Below the pieces are notes generated by a model that worked only from the letters and a program-made list of their open reading frames with translations, was not told the origin of the DNA and searched no databases. Position numbers and translations under genes: made by a program. A stretch of DNA of 64,000 bases, taken from Bigelowiella natans CCMP2755 (taxonomy: Eukaryota > Protista > Cercozoa). Position 1 is the first letter of the stretch, and every line of letters begins with the position of its first letter. Location: positions 62,001 to 126,000 of the forward strand of contig ADNK01002621.1 in assembly GCA_000320545.1 (NCBI GenBank), given 5' to 3'. Shown here piece by piece: positions 45,229-58,904 of this stretch.

Positions 45229-45620
45229 GTATTATTTGTTTGGTGTCAACACGATATTTTCGCTTTCCCAAAGGAGCCTAATTAAGAGTTGTTAGTAAGA
45301 TAATGTTTTCGTAAATAGTTACCATTCTCATTTGAGGACTAGGAAGAGGTCGCATGGGGCCTGTTCGCCGTCCATGAACAAGATATCTGCATTAAGGATG
45401 CCATGTGTGATCATTACGTGATGTCGTAGAGTGGTAACTCATACAGAATATTTGGCAAAATTGCTGCTAGTGGTTTTTTTGTTTATTTTGCCTCTCTTCT
45501 ACCCATAAGCGATGGAGCCGGTGGTCAATGTCGATAGCGCACTATAGACCGTGTGGTAACTAACATATCAACGATCATATAAGTGTGTTGCCTTCTTATA
45601 CCTCAACGAAGACATGACGG

Positions 45621-45659
<39 letters not shown>

Positions 45660-46026
45660 CAATTACGAATGATGATAGCAAGTATTTAGCATATCTATGA
45701 TTCAGATCGTCATTTAGTCGGCTACATCTATGTCTATCTACTTTTTATCCCCGTATGCATCTATGATCTTCTTGCGGTTTGATGAGAGAATGAGGTTCTC
45801 CGCGATGAAGCCTGCAAATATGTTGTATTTCACTTTTTCGATTTGTTGCAGACGATAACAAAACTCTTTGGCCAGCAGCCGACAAAAGAGTACGACTACA
45901 TGTGCTCAAGCAGCTACAACTGCAACAAGCATGCAATCAAAGTATCATATCACCTGCCCAACCCATCCCTATCCAACGCACGCCTGGATGAGACAACACA
46001 GCTGATACAGTAGACGAAGATGCCAT
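42630..46026 (-). CDS. NnrU-family integral membrane protein (same family as Z-ISO)
   Basis: WAG|FIAENLILSSNRKKII, YHTVYSALST, CPFDF, GMKRVTRHP, YHLDSR and TSFIPFLALLEGRQ, with several hydrophobic segments. Confidence 0.8.
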
Positions 46027-46309
46027 CTTGACTCCTTCTGGTTTCCTCAGGAGGGGAGAGGACCCGTGGCGGCAGTAGTGGTGTCGCTGGTACGGGAAAG
46101 AGTGTCTACAATGCGTGCTTTGTTCGTATTAGTGCGACACATAAAGAGGGGGGATTTTTCTCTACGACAACGATACGTAGACAGGATATTATCGGTAAAA
46201 CATGGGTGATTCTTGCCGTGCGACAACCTCTATCTACGCATTGAAAACTAGCCGCTCCCGTCGACGTCGACTTTTCCCTGAGCAAGGCCATCATTCATTT
46301 CATCCGGAG
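46027..46309. promoter_or_regulatory. Short probable bidirectional promoter between the NnrU-family and M41-like genes
   Basis: Only 283 bp separate the two inferred divergent ATGs. Confidence 0.5.
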
Positions 46310-49201
46310 ATGGCGCCGATGGTTACCATGTCTTCCTCCTTGCATCCTTCCCGTACCCTCCCTCTAAAGCGGCGACAGCAACGATGGTTTTACCATGCGG
46401 TAGCCTCGCTAGCGATTGTATCTGCAGTGTTGGTTGTCCTAAGCAGCAGTAGCAGTAGCACATCTTGGAGGAGTTGTTCACTTGAAGCTGCTGCTTCTTC
46501 CTCGATTGCTTCCGGGAGGACCGCAATTTTGCCGATGACACACAGCCGCTGCCAATTTGCTCGCAGGCGTCAGCCACTTCTTAAGGCGTATAGCAGCACT
46601 GACGAGAAAACATCTTCATCGCTAGATCTTCTATCTTCGATGTTAGGCGGTAGTGAGAACATGCAATGCGTATGCAACTGTATGTGTAGACCACATGCTT
46701 CTGGCACTTGATATTTTCAAACATCACACACCTATACGTAAATGAATACAGACAGGCAAATACTCTATCATCCCACGCTCCCCCCCCCCCCCCCACACAC
46801 ACATACTCAACAGCATGCTTGCTTACGAAGCTTAATCATCTTCTTTAATGAAGCCTCTGTTCTTTCTCTCAGGAGAAGAAGACAGTCCCAAAGATAGTCC
46901 TTCCGCTAGTTCAACAGAAGTTTCCTCTTCTCCTGCTGTCATGTCTGAGGAGGCCCTGGAACCCCTCAAAATGATGCTCAAAGCTGGAGAATCTATGGAT
47001 CTCGACGGCCTTTCCAAAGTCGAAATAACTTTTCATCACCATTCATTAGATATTATACTAATTAGTGAAATTTTTTTTCAAAAGCTGAATCCTGATGTCA
47101 TACGATGAATATTGGTCTATAATCTTTGCATGACGATGGTTGCTGCTGCAGGAGTTATCAACTTTGAAAGACTCAAAGATTCTTTCTCGATGGGGATCAG
47201 CACGTGATTCGTTATCACCTCGGTCTATTAACGTAAATCAACTTCAGTCTGCCGGTGTGTATTAAAAACTACTATTAAATCTAGGAAGAGGATGATACGA
47301 TATGAAAATATTAACGTTTATTGATTAATGGCAGACATTGCATCTCATCATGCAACAATATTATTCTTAGTACTACTACTACAACTATTATTATTATATT
47401 TATTATTTACATAACTACTATAATTGCTTATTTACGTTGGCTGGTACAACATAATAATACTAGGTATCCGCAATCCTGAAGCATTGGCGTTTGGCTCTAC
47501 AACTGATGATCTAATCCTCCTAGTTGTGGTAGTAGTGAAGGATGGATGGAATGGATGATGATCATGATGATGATGATGATGATGTTGCTGCTGCTTACTG
47601 TTTTCCCTGTTAATCTGGTTGCACAACTGGCATAAGTGTTCGACTTTCTCTTCCTACCTATCTTCCTCCTCCTCTTCCTGAATATCTTGTGTCCTTATGG
47701 GGAAATGTTTGGTTTACACATGATCTTGTGTCCTACTTTCTTCTTCTTCATTTCCTTCTTATTATTCTTCTTCTTGTTGTTCTTGTTCTTAGTATGTGCT
47801 GGTTGCTTCGGTGCTAGCCGTTGGTGCTGCTGCCGTGCTGCCTGGACAACTGGGGTATGATGATGATGGGGAGGAGGAGGAGGAGGAGGAGGAGGAGGAG
47901 GATGTGTGCTATTCACATGCATTCAGTGATCCTTCCACGTTGTATTCTTGTATGTATGTGGTGTATATCAACGATAATGATGGTGATAATGATGATGAGG
48001 ATGATGATAATGATGAGCGAGGCTGACAGGACAGATCAATCATCTAATTGCTGCTGGTGGTGCTCTAACTACTACTACTACTACTACTACTACAGGTTCT
48101 TCGTGCCATACTTGATAGGAGCATCTTCACTTGTTCTTCTAGCAGTTGGTAGTACTGCTTTGTACTATGAATATATTCAAAAAAGAAAAAATAATGTACA
48201 TATTGCCTTTCAAAATCTATCAATTTTGATCTATAATTTCTTGTTCCCTTCCTCCTTCTCCTCCTCCTTCTCTTGCTCCTGCTGCTGCTGCTGCTGCTAC
48301 TTAGGATCTACGAACCCTGGCCTTCTTCAAGGACCAAAGGTACTGTTTCATCAAAATTAAGTCAACACAACAAACAACAAGCTCCAAGTATAGTTATCTA
48401 CATGCATGATGGAAATAGCGAGCGATGATACAACATTTAATCGAGTTATTGGAGTATATTTCCCTGATGCTTTCCTCCTCTTCTTTCTCCCTATCCCTGT
48501 CGACCTCAACTTTCAAACACGTTTGATTTCATTACTATCCGTACTGTATGTAGGATGCTATTGGTCGATTGAATCCAGAGTGAGTATTCTCCCCCCCCCC
48601 CCCTCCCCTCTTCTACGACTTTATCGTATTTGATGACGAGTGACGAGGCTCTAAGCGATGGTCAACACATGGATGTTTCTGTTGTCGTAGCTGTAGCAAA
48701 GCTTGGCATAGTAGTGATACTTATTTTATTATCATTGGGCAAAGGTATGATCGTCGTCTTGTGCGCCATGAGGCTGCTCACTTCTTGGCTGGATACTTGC
48801 TGGGAGTGCCTGTGACCGAATACAACTTAAATACTCCGACAGGTACTACTACTACTACTACTACTACTACTATGTTGTTGATGATGATAACGGTGAGTCA
48901 TCAGATTCCTAATGATATCAGCTGTTTTTCCTTGTTCGATTGTTCTTAAGATATTATTACTACTGAGCTTGTTCGTCTTGCTCTTCTTCACCATCACCAT
49001 CATCATCATCATCATCATCATCATCATTGTGACAACAAACAATGTATAGGAGTGTCCCCCCATGTTGAGTTTGGGGAGTTGATGACTCCTGAGCGCATGA
49101 TGGAGAAGGTTCCAAGAGACGAATTGGTAGTAAAGCAGTAGTAGTAGTAATAACACAACCATAACGAGTTGGCTACTACCGATTAGGATATCATAAAAAA
49201 T

Positions 49202-49233
<32 letters not shown>

Positions 49234-49529
49234 TTGATGATGATGGCTTAAGAATATGAGAAATGTCGATGAAGGGGTAAGGACTAATTCATCAGAAATC
49301 GATCCTTGGCTAATCAAATAACGATGGCAATCTGCTGTTGTTGTTAATTGTCATTTAGAATGTCATGGGCCCTCTAGCAATGTCGGGGCTAGCAGCAGAA
49401 GGAATGCAATACGACGACGTGAAAGGAGGACAAGCAGATTTATTGCTTCTTCAATTGCTCATGGATAGAGCTGAACCAAGAATGACACCTGCAGAGCAGC
49501 AGGATTTCACAAGGTAGCAATTTTTATTC

Positions 49530-49570
<41 letters not shown>

Positions 49571-49848
49571 GAAACAATAAGAGAAACAGATATGATTAAT
49601 AATAATCAAACAACACCTACTTGCGCTCAGATGGTCAGTTTACAAAGCGATCGAAATGGTCAAGTATAATAGAAGGTAACAGCATTTTGCCCTACATAGA
49701 AGACACCAGCTGACCCCATTTTCTCTCTTTGATAAGCATTATCTGAATGAGTGTATGTTTAAATTTAAGGGCGCACGATGCATTGATGGAAGCCATGACA
49801 GAGGGAAAGAGCGTTTATGACTGTATCCTAGCTATAGAGAAAGCCTAA
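46310..49848 (+). CDS. Plastid-targeted peptidase M41-like (FtsH protease-domain-only, VIR3-like family) membrane protein
   Basis: Bipartite leader (..RRQQRWFYHAVASLAIVSAVLVVL, then a Ser/Arg-rich segment). FFVPYLIGASSLVLLAV|GSTNPGLLQ, RRLVRHEAAHFLAGYLLGVPV, AMSGLAAEGMQY..GGQADL and HDALMEAM..SVYDCILAIE. Confidence 0.85.
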
Positions 49849-49883
49849 TCATTGCTACTCGAAGCTGCTGTCATGATGTCATT

Positions 49884-49924
<41 letters not shown>

Positions 49925-50004
49925 TTAATTCTGTAGCCGCAACATTGCAAAGCTACATTAGGATGACAATTGGAAAAACTTAAATTCATTATATCTGTCT
50001 TACG

Positions 50005-50045
<41 letters not shown>

Positions 50046-50106
50046 TTGTGTGTGTGTGTGAAAACTATGTCTGCTGCATCACTATAGATCTAAACATTGT
50101 CAGCAG

Positions 50107-50201
50107 CTGATTATAGACACAGTAATAGCATATATACTATATATATATATATATATATATATGATACACTGTATACTGATTATAGACACAGTAATAGCAT
50201 A
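50107..50201. repeat. 26-bp direct repeat with adjacent (TA)n in a convergent spacer
   Basis: CTGATTATAGACACAGTAATAGCATA at 50107-50132 and 50176-50201. Confidence 0.92.
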
Positions 50202-51103
50202 ACTATATACTATATATATATGATATTACATGTCTATTATGCTGTGTGCCATGCAGCCGCGCTGTACACATACAAATATAATGAATGGACACATGTCATC
50301 GCATTCTGCTTTCAAAGGTCATCCTAATGCACGTAGCTAAGTAGCTGCATACATGTACATGTATATACATATATGTGAGACAGTTGTAATGAAAGATTTA
50401 AATACATATATGTATATATATATATATATATATATGCACATCTAGCTAGCTAGACATGCAAATATGCGATGACTGACACATTGCTGTGAAAAACTCTACA
50501 CGGCATCTGCACGACTAACAAATCAAGCTAAGTTGTAAGTGCTGCACATTTGTTTTAATTCAGCATATAAGCATGCCTTTTTCGCACCTACGTACGACGT
50601 AGTATAATTAGTGCACTATTGCATGTATAGCCCATGCGAGCGATCGATTAATATCGCATGCAGTGTCAGCCTATCAGGCTGTGCATGTCTTAGCTTCATA
50701 CACATACGTGTAAAGCTTGCGTGCATGCACAACGCTACATGCAATGGCAACAGGACGTTCGGCTCACATGCAAAAGCACGGCGCTACGAGGTGGTACATC
50801 GTCACTTAGCGCAGAGACACAGCAGTAGACATACATGAGCGATCTAATCCTATGTAGAAAGCCCAGGCGATAGAGGGTGGTGGAGGCATATATATCGTAT
50901 GGCGATAGGTGCGGATTTATATTATTTCCGCTCATCATGCAATGAGGTTATGATTTCCATGTACACATAGTTAGTAGAGAGTGATAGGCGATGCAAACGT
51001 AGGACATCGCACAGGATTATTTCACAAGAACGAACAAAGCTGTATGACTACCACATTGTCTGTCAGTTTTCCACCACTTCACCATGGATCTCGAGGCTCT
51101 CCT

Positions 51104-51502
51104 TCACCTGAAAGTAAAAATAGTGATGATTTATCGGGATGATGCCAACGATGAATAAGCAGAAAAAGTAAAGCAAAACAGGGATAATTAATTACCGGGT
51201 ATCCAAACTCCTTCTCCTTCCTTTTCTTCGTCTTCGCTTTCGCATTGGCTTTATTATTTTCATGTTTGTCCATACACATTACATTAGAACAAACCATCAT
51301 AACTCACAAATGCTGCTGCAGCAATTCCATACAGCCCTTCTTCTCTTCCTCCTCCCTCCCCTTAATTACAACGTGTGGGTTGAGCTTACATAATCGATTT
51401 TGGTCCGAATCCAGGGAATATTGCATTCATAATCTCAGACTTTAGCATTGGTACTTTCGGCAGGTGCTTGTGGATCACATCTTCAGTGTTCTGTATCATC
51501 AT

Positions 51503-51533
<31 letters not shown>

Positions 51534-51660
51534 AGCAGGAGCAGCAACAGCAGCCACACCATCAGATTATTTTTGAAGTTTTCGAGAATGAGAATAATAT
51601 TTAAAACAGTAATTATAAGAAGGAAGGAAGAAGAAGAAACTATATTATCACCACCACTTG

Positions 51661-51695
<35 letters not shown>

Positions 51696-53679
51696 GTAGT
51701 ACCTTGAGTCTAATGCGATCTTCCAGCCGTAGTTCTTCAAAGGACTTATCAGCCTTTACGTACCTGAACAACGAATGGAGGAGGAAGACTATATCATGTC
51801 GTTGTAGTCGTATAAATTATTATTATTGTAATGACAACTGCCATAAAGTATACTATTACATTTCCATTTTCCCTATCGTATGTGCAATCCATGTGCGGTG
51901 TCTGTGGAAGCTCTTTGTGTCTTCAAATGTACACGTCTTAAATGGATAGCGGAAAGTCCCCACCTGCATGATATGCACACATACGTCGTCGTGGTTTGCA
52001 TATTAGACTGTGGTATGTGTATGCTACTGCAAAGTGTGTGTCATATGTGCGTGTGTTTGTTATCGTGGGTGAGTGAGTGAGTGAGTGGGTTATGAAGTTT
52101 GGCGGGGAGGGAGGAACCATTCTGATGTTGTGATGTCATGTGCTGCTTGAAGTAAATATAATTCATTATAATGCTGCATCATCATCATCATCATCATCGT
52201 TTAAAGCTTATCCTCTCAATTCGTACCACATCAGATTCTTCTTCTTCTTCATCATCCTGCTCTACTTTCTCTCCCCCCTCCTCTTCTGCAGCAGCTTGAT
52301 GTCGTTGTTGACCTTCTTCCCCTCCTCGAAAGCAGGGGAATGGTGAGGAGAAGGGAGGGGAGGAGTAGGAACTATGCTGTCGGTAGTGAGCCACCTCTTC
52401 CTGCAAATTTAGGATACGACGTATCATATAACGCAGCGCCTTGAGGTCCTCCGTGTCCTCCAGCTGCTGCTGCTGCTCTGTTTGACATATTGATGATGAT
52501 GAAAGTGTTGTTCCTCGTTGTGATGATAATGGTATTAATGATGAAGACAACCCACTTTCTGACGATAAGGAGGTTGCTGCTGCTGCTGATGCTGCTTCTC
52601 CTGTAGCTGCGGGCATACCATGCTCGGTAGTAGCACACGTAACAACAGTCCTACCATCCCCATCATCATCAACCTTTTCAGCATTATCATCATCATCCTC
52701 CTCCTCCTCCTCTTTCTTCTTCTCTTCGTTGGCCATGTATATCATTTTCTTAGCAGCAAAGCTACTTTCGTAGAGCTCCATGGCAATCTCTACATCACCA
52801 GGACCTCCTCGAGTTTCATGTGCGGTAGCAAGTTTATTCTCAATCTTTGCCACTTCAGGATGGTACTTCACGTCAGTCGATAGATACATCTCTTTTATCA
52901 GCACTAAGCTGCTTTCATAGAGCTCGATTGCCTTGTCAAGATCAGGTGTTCTCCCTCCTCCTCCTCCTCCTCCTCCTTCTTCTTCTATTCTTCCACGAGC
53001 CATCAGCATATCAGCAAGTTTGCTTTGACTGATCGCCACATTCGCTTTGTTTTTCAGATTCACTTTTCTTGTTTCTGCTAATCTGCATTCTAAGAGCTTA
53101 ATTGCGGAGTCAAAATGAGATGAATGCCCTTGCTGCATCATACTTTTATTCCCAGTAGTCTTTCCATCCTCCCCTTTTTCGTCTAATTCGTTATTTTCTA
53201 CCGTTAAAATTGTGTTATTTGTACAGCAATATTAGATGTTGTACGAATATTGATGATGGTAGCAATAAAACAGTGATGGAAGCTAAGAAAAACGATGAGA
53301 TATGCCTGTGATGGCACTGATGATGGTAGTAAGTAATGATAATAAGAAAATAAAAGTTATGATGATGATGATGAAGAAGAAGAAGAAGATATAAAGCGAC
53401 GTGACCGTTAAGTGATGCAGGTTCGCCCTTGAGTGTTGTTGTTGTTGCTGTTGGCGCTGCCACCGAAGCCTCCTTCAAGTTTTCTGTTGTTGAAGACTTT
53501 ATATCATTCTCATTCTCATCTCCTGGGACGCTGCTGGTGCTTCTCTCCTCTTGTTGCCTTCGTAGGGTGTTGTTGTTGTTGTATCCAAGGACATGGAAGT
53601 AGCTTCTTTCTGGGTAACGCTCCTTTGCATGCTTTACTAGATACTGTTAAGCCCCAAAACACATATTATTAATAACACT

Positions 53680-53763
<84 letters not shown>

Positions 53764-55618
53764 TAAAGCCTACCCCAGCCCTCCACACCCTATCTCTAAT
53801 CTCAGCATTATTACCTCCTCCACTCTTTCAAGAGGCAAAATTTCAATTTCATCGTTTGATCTCATACTGAGCTGATAAAAAAATAGCATTTCGATGTCTT
53901 AGAGGTTTGCTTCACCGAACAAAATCGTTAAACATAATGTATATTCTACTGTTCCAGCTACTTTTACCACTTACCCCACCACGATCTACGACGAAATAGT
54001 AGCAGTTGTATACTTAGTCTCCACCAACCAACCTGCTTTGCTGTGTTGTCTCGATATAGTAGTATGCCGTTATACACAAACCGAACAGGTCCTGTCAACA
54101 CCTGCTCAATAAAACAACAACAAGAACAAGAATGATAATTTGCCATTCATTGAAATGCCGATATCACGGCCATTATCATCTTTTTGGTTAAAACAACTAA
54201 TTACCATGTTATAGTAGGCCTTCATCAACATTCCGAGGGGTTTATTCTCAAGAGTACTAAAGCGGAGTGGAATGCCGTCTTTACGGTAAGTTACCAAGTC
54301 GATACGCTCTCCTTCAACACCCGGAAGCAGCTCGATAGGTCTAATAACACCATTACCTTCTTCTTCTTCTCGACCCAAAGCACTTCTACTTTCCAGACAC
54401 CGACTTAAAGGATATTCCGTATCGTCTTGCCGGAGAGGAGGTGGAGAGCCATCACTAAACCTTGGATGGTATGTGCTATTGCCTGTACTAATAGACATTT
54501 CACCAATGGAACTATCATTCGTTCTGCTACCACCAAATCCAAATCCTCCATTGAATGCAGAAGTAGGGGTATGAGTAGTAGCAGCACTATGTTCTCTCGT
54601 ACCATCACCACCACCATCATCAAAAGTATTATGTGAGTTTGAAGAGGGGAAGGAAGATTCCAACGCACGACCACCATCGCCACTGCTGCTCTCACCACCA
54701 TTTTGTTTCGAATCGGTGGCAGCAAATAACCCATCAGTTGTTCGAATGCTCTCCTCCCCATTTTCCGACAATGTCGGTGGTGATAACTTAGGTGCTGATG
54801 TTGATGGTGATCGTGTTAATGCAGACGATGATGCTTCTAAAGAGGAACAACTAGCACCGTTAGCACCGTTAGCACCGCTCCTTCTTCTTCTTCTTGTACT
54901 AATTCTGCTACTGCTTTTGGGAGCAGCAGCACCAGCAGTACCGTGCCCTACTCTTACCAGATTATTGAAACTATCGTTTCCAATGTTGCGAAACTGCGGG
55001 GGACTTTCAGCTCTGGAATTACCGAATCCAAATGCAGAAAAAGTTCTAGTAGCATCAGCGCCCAACTCCCCCCCCCCAAAAGCCCCAATACCAAAACCAT
55101 CCCCACCGCCAAGGCCATGCTGCTGCATTGACAAACCAGAGTCCTCACCGCCAAGCCCGCCACCGCTAGAACCACCAAAGATAGATCCTAAGGATCCAAA
55201 TGCTCCATTTTCTGCTGGAATGTTATTTTTCGCCTCTTCTTTTCCCTCACCAGTGGATGATGTTTCCCCAAGTTCTTGTTTTGTGTTCCCAGCTTCTTGT
55301 TTTGTTTCTGAGAACCAACTCGCCTCATTGTCACTTAGATGATGTTCATGTGAATCATCCTTCAATTCTTCCCTTTGATCTCTCATCGCTTCTCCTTCTC
55401 CTTGTCTAATTAAATTGTTCCTGTAGATGCGAACAGCGTGTGTGTGTGTGTATGGTTGTGTGTGTGTGTGTTTGTGTGATTGTGCTGGCAAGATAACAAT
55501 CATTATCACCGTCATCGTCATCATGTCATCATCATATTTGTTGTTTCTTTGGCATTAATGGATCGTGTGCTGTACAAGTAGTGGTAACACGATTTCTGTA
55601 CTTTTCCTCCTCCTCCAT
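51104..55618 (-). CDS. Multidomain protein: Gly/Phe(FG)-rich disordered N-terminus, internal SUMO-like domain, TPR repeats and a Nup98-type GLEBS-like motif; ends approximate
   Basis: ORF 54106..55524 has FG/GF clusters and IDLVTYRKDGIPLRFSTLENKPLGMLMKAY, continued by VRFVYNGILLYRDNTAKQ|LSMRSNDEIEI. ORF 52194..53141 has TPR-like repeats (KAIELYESSL, HPEVAKIENKLA). Exons 51963-51860 and 51763-51703 encode GTFRYPF..IGKMEMYVKADKSFEELRLED. Confidence 0.7.
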
Positions 55619-56056
55619 GTTGCCAAAGGTGGTGGTGGCTACAATAGATTGATTGTGACTTTCTTGCAACAAAGAAGAGTCCCATTCTTAACTACGACAA
55701 CTAAAATGTTGCTTTTTATCCAATTTTCACATGCCTTTCCAGGAATAACATTCGGGGAAGGATCCCGGAGCCGCATTCCAGATGAAACCCGCTTACTGCT
55801 AACTCCAAGCTATATCAATTTTTCTGCATGTCGGTGTTGCTAAATAGTCGGCCTTTTCTGATCCTGAAATCTCGGCTGCATTCTTTGAAGAAAGAAAATG
55901 CAGGCCATATTTATGGAAAATATGGTAAAAAACGCAGAGTAAGAGGAGCAAGTGCCATGCCTCTCTCTCCACAAAGTAGTGCCGATGATGATTCCGATAC
56001 TCTTGCCTACCAGGGGAAGTAAGTAGAGTGTAGAAGAGAGCCGTTCTCAAGCAACA

Positions 56057-58904
56057 ATGGATTCATTTGCTCGTGAAACACCTACCGATACTGACCGGGT
56101 TGTTGATTGGGTGGTAAGGACAAGGCAGGAAAAACAACACTCGACTGCTGTCTACTGTGGGGAGGAGGGATTAGTTGGTCTTAATAACTCCTCTTTTCCA
56201 CTTGCGACGAATCGTCCTAAGTCAGCTTTTGAGCACTTCTCTGAGAGCCTGTGTGATGAATCTCGTCTTCAAAAAGTATTCACACCTTTGGATATAAAGG
56301 AAGTGATCGCTGTTCCTTCTTGGGGAAGGCTAAGTTTAAGTCAGAAACAAAAGTAGTAAATGGTTAATCGATCGGATGGTGTAGAGTAGCATTGACTTTT
56401 CAATGTAACATTTCATAGATATATAGAACTTGCGGAGCTGGATCGAGACCGTTGGAAATATGTGAGTCCCACCATTCAAATCAGATTAGTTGATTGGTAT
56501 AAATCATCCTGAGTAGTTCAAAGAACAACTCGACAACCCTTCTTAGGTGTTGACTTCATAATTAGGAAACATGGTTGTTGACTGGTAGTGTGGATGATTA
56601 TAAATATTCAATCTATAACACTAGATTGGGTGGTGAGAAGAATTCAATCAATTTTGGGGGACTTCGCGGAATGCAGCAAAAGCATTGTGACATTGATGAT
56701 GATGATGATCGTCACTGCAATAAGTTGGATAATGATGGCGGAACCAATGACATGAAGACATTAAAGAATCAACTCAAAAATCGATTTGCTCGGTTCAGAC
56801 CAGTAGATGCTCTATATGTGACAGTCGGCGGTGCTGGAAAATTTGATCCTTTCGCACAAACCCACAGTATGCTAAATTTTGATGACAAGGAGTCAACAAG
56901 AAGGCTGAATCTTGCGAATACCAAGCTGGTGGAACTCTTACAAAAGGGTAGCACTCACAAACAGAATAGCCATCGTAGAGGTGCTACTGATACACAACTT
57001 CACTCGTCTGATGTTGGAATTCACAAGAAGAAACATCAATACCTTTCCAAGTCTCTACCACTGCTGCAGGTAGAATTCCCTTTAAGCAGCAGCAGCTCTA
57101 TGGAAGATGGATTGTTTTCAAGCGGTGGCTCTAAAAGAGGACTTGGTGTAAAAGACAGTAGTAGCAGTGGATATCACCGGAACAACCACGTATCTATACT
57201 TGGAAGTGAATTCCAAAATTACAATGACAAGAATAAACTCGAAGATATTATGACATCGATCACAACATATTCAAACGTAGGCACCGAGATTGGCAGCTTA
57301 CCTCACGTAGAGACCAGAAATCCTACGAATTTGACAGAACTTGATGATGAAAGAGACGTACTTATTGATTCTGCACTCTCTTCTTCATCACATCACGAGG
57401 ATATCAAGAGTAAGAGTGATGATGAATGTGGAGAAGGGGCAGAATTTTCAATTGAGAGAAGTGAATCAAACCCTGAAGGAAATCTACCTGATCTGAACCA
57501 CATGCCGATTTCTATAACTGAGAGAAGTGTTCAAGATCCTCATTTTGGTAATAATTGCATCATTGCTGAGACTGGTGAAGCTGATCAACAACCACAGAGA
57601 TGCAATGAAACATCATGGACTATGGAAACCTCCCTGTCAAATTATCGTAAAAAGGAAATGCAGGTTTATATCCCGAAAGAAAAATTGAAAGCAGGATCGA
57701 GAGTGAGGGTGTTTTGGGCGACAAGAGGTATGGATAGGACTGGTACAGGTCTTAATTACACATACCAACCCTCTTCAGTCATCATTTCACTCATTGAATA
57801 TTCGTGTTGCAGTTCGCGAAATTCTAGACAAAAGTGATGGGAAGGGTACAAATGTTGGCGTGGAATATGATGATGGAGAGGTAATATTTCGAACCATTGT
57901 TTTGGTATTTTGTCCCTAAGATACATACTTTACACAGTGGGTGGATCACATGTCAATAGAGGATTGGCCACACACGATTTTGAGCTTGCCAAATGATGAT
58001 ATCGAAGCAGCAAGCTTGAATCATCATCATGTGGCACACAGCGACTCTGAGAATAATGGTAAATTTTTAGGGAAAAACTGTGATTCATCCGAGCGATAAT
58101 ACGATTTCAATCCCTTTTTTAGAAGGACCTGATATTAAAAGAGATTCCGACCAACTTGATAGAACTCAAGAAAATGATGAGCAAGAAACGGAGGAGTCGA
58201 CTTCTTCTCTACGGGAATATGATGTCGACTACAATGAGAGCAGCTATAGGCAGCAGAGTTACTACATTGATCCACACTCCTTAAACAACAATATTCACAC
58301 CGATGAGGATGATGACATGCTGGTTAGTAATAGTAAAAGAGGATCTGAGGAATTCAAATCTAAATTTCACATTGATAGACCGAAGTCGCTCTTTGTTGGG
58401 AAAAACAGTATTTCTGAAATGGCATTGATAGTTACGCCAACACACAATCTCATGGATTTCTCACCCTGTACCCACGGTACTCCGCATACCGTCGTCGATG
58501 GAAAGACAAATTCTTTAGGTAGGATAGTTCCAAAACCTTTGAAAGATGCTCAAATTATGTTGGAGCATGTAAAGCAACGAAGCCCATTTCAAATGGAACG
58601 TGAAAGTTATTGCAGGCGCAAAAGTTACACCACGAAGAAAAGCAAAGTTTCATCGGCCATGAGTCAACGCCCAAAGAGTCAAGGAAGGTAGTACAGATAG
58701 CAATTCACTTTTCAAAATCTAAAAAATTCACGGTTTGATCATTTTTCACATGAGTTTGCCATTTCTACGGTTTGTCTGTTTCGCAGAGAGCCAGATGAAA
58801 TTTCAAGCCCAATCCATAAACCAATTCATTTGCGCTTGAAGCGACATCGAAAACAGCAGGTTCCTACTGTTTCTCCCAACACAAAGGTTGAATCCGGCAC
58901 ATGA
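56057..58904 (+). CDS. HMG-box plus Tudor-like chromatin protein; start uncertain (upstream ATGs at 55828 and 55957)
   Basis: RPKSAFEHFS..WGRLSLSQKQK|YIELAELDRDRWKY matches the HMG box. GSRVRVFWATRGMDRTGT|VREI..VGVEYDDGE|W matches a Tudor-like domain. Long disordered linkers. Confidence 0.72.

Noticed and set aside
53815-54330. A free SUMO gene
   Set aside because: The domain is internal to a larger reading frame and lacks the C-terminal di-Gly.
54716-55342. 208-aa plus-strand Pro-rich ORF
   Set aside because: Antisense shadow of the Gly/Ser-rich minus-strand exon.
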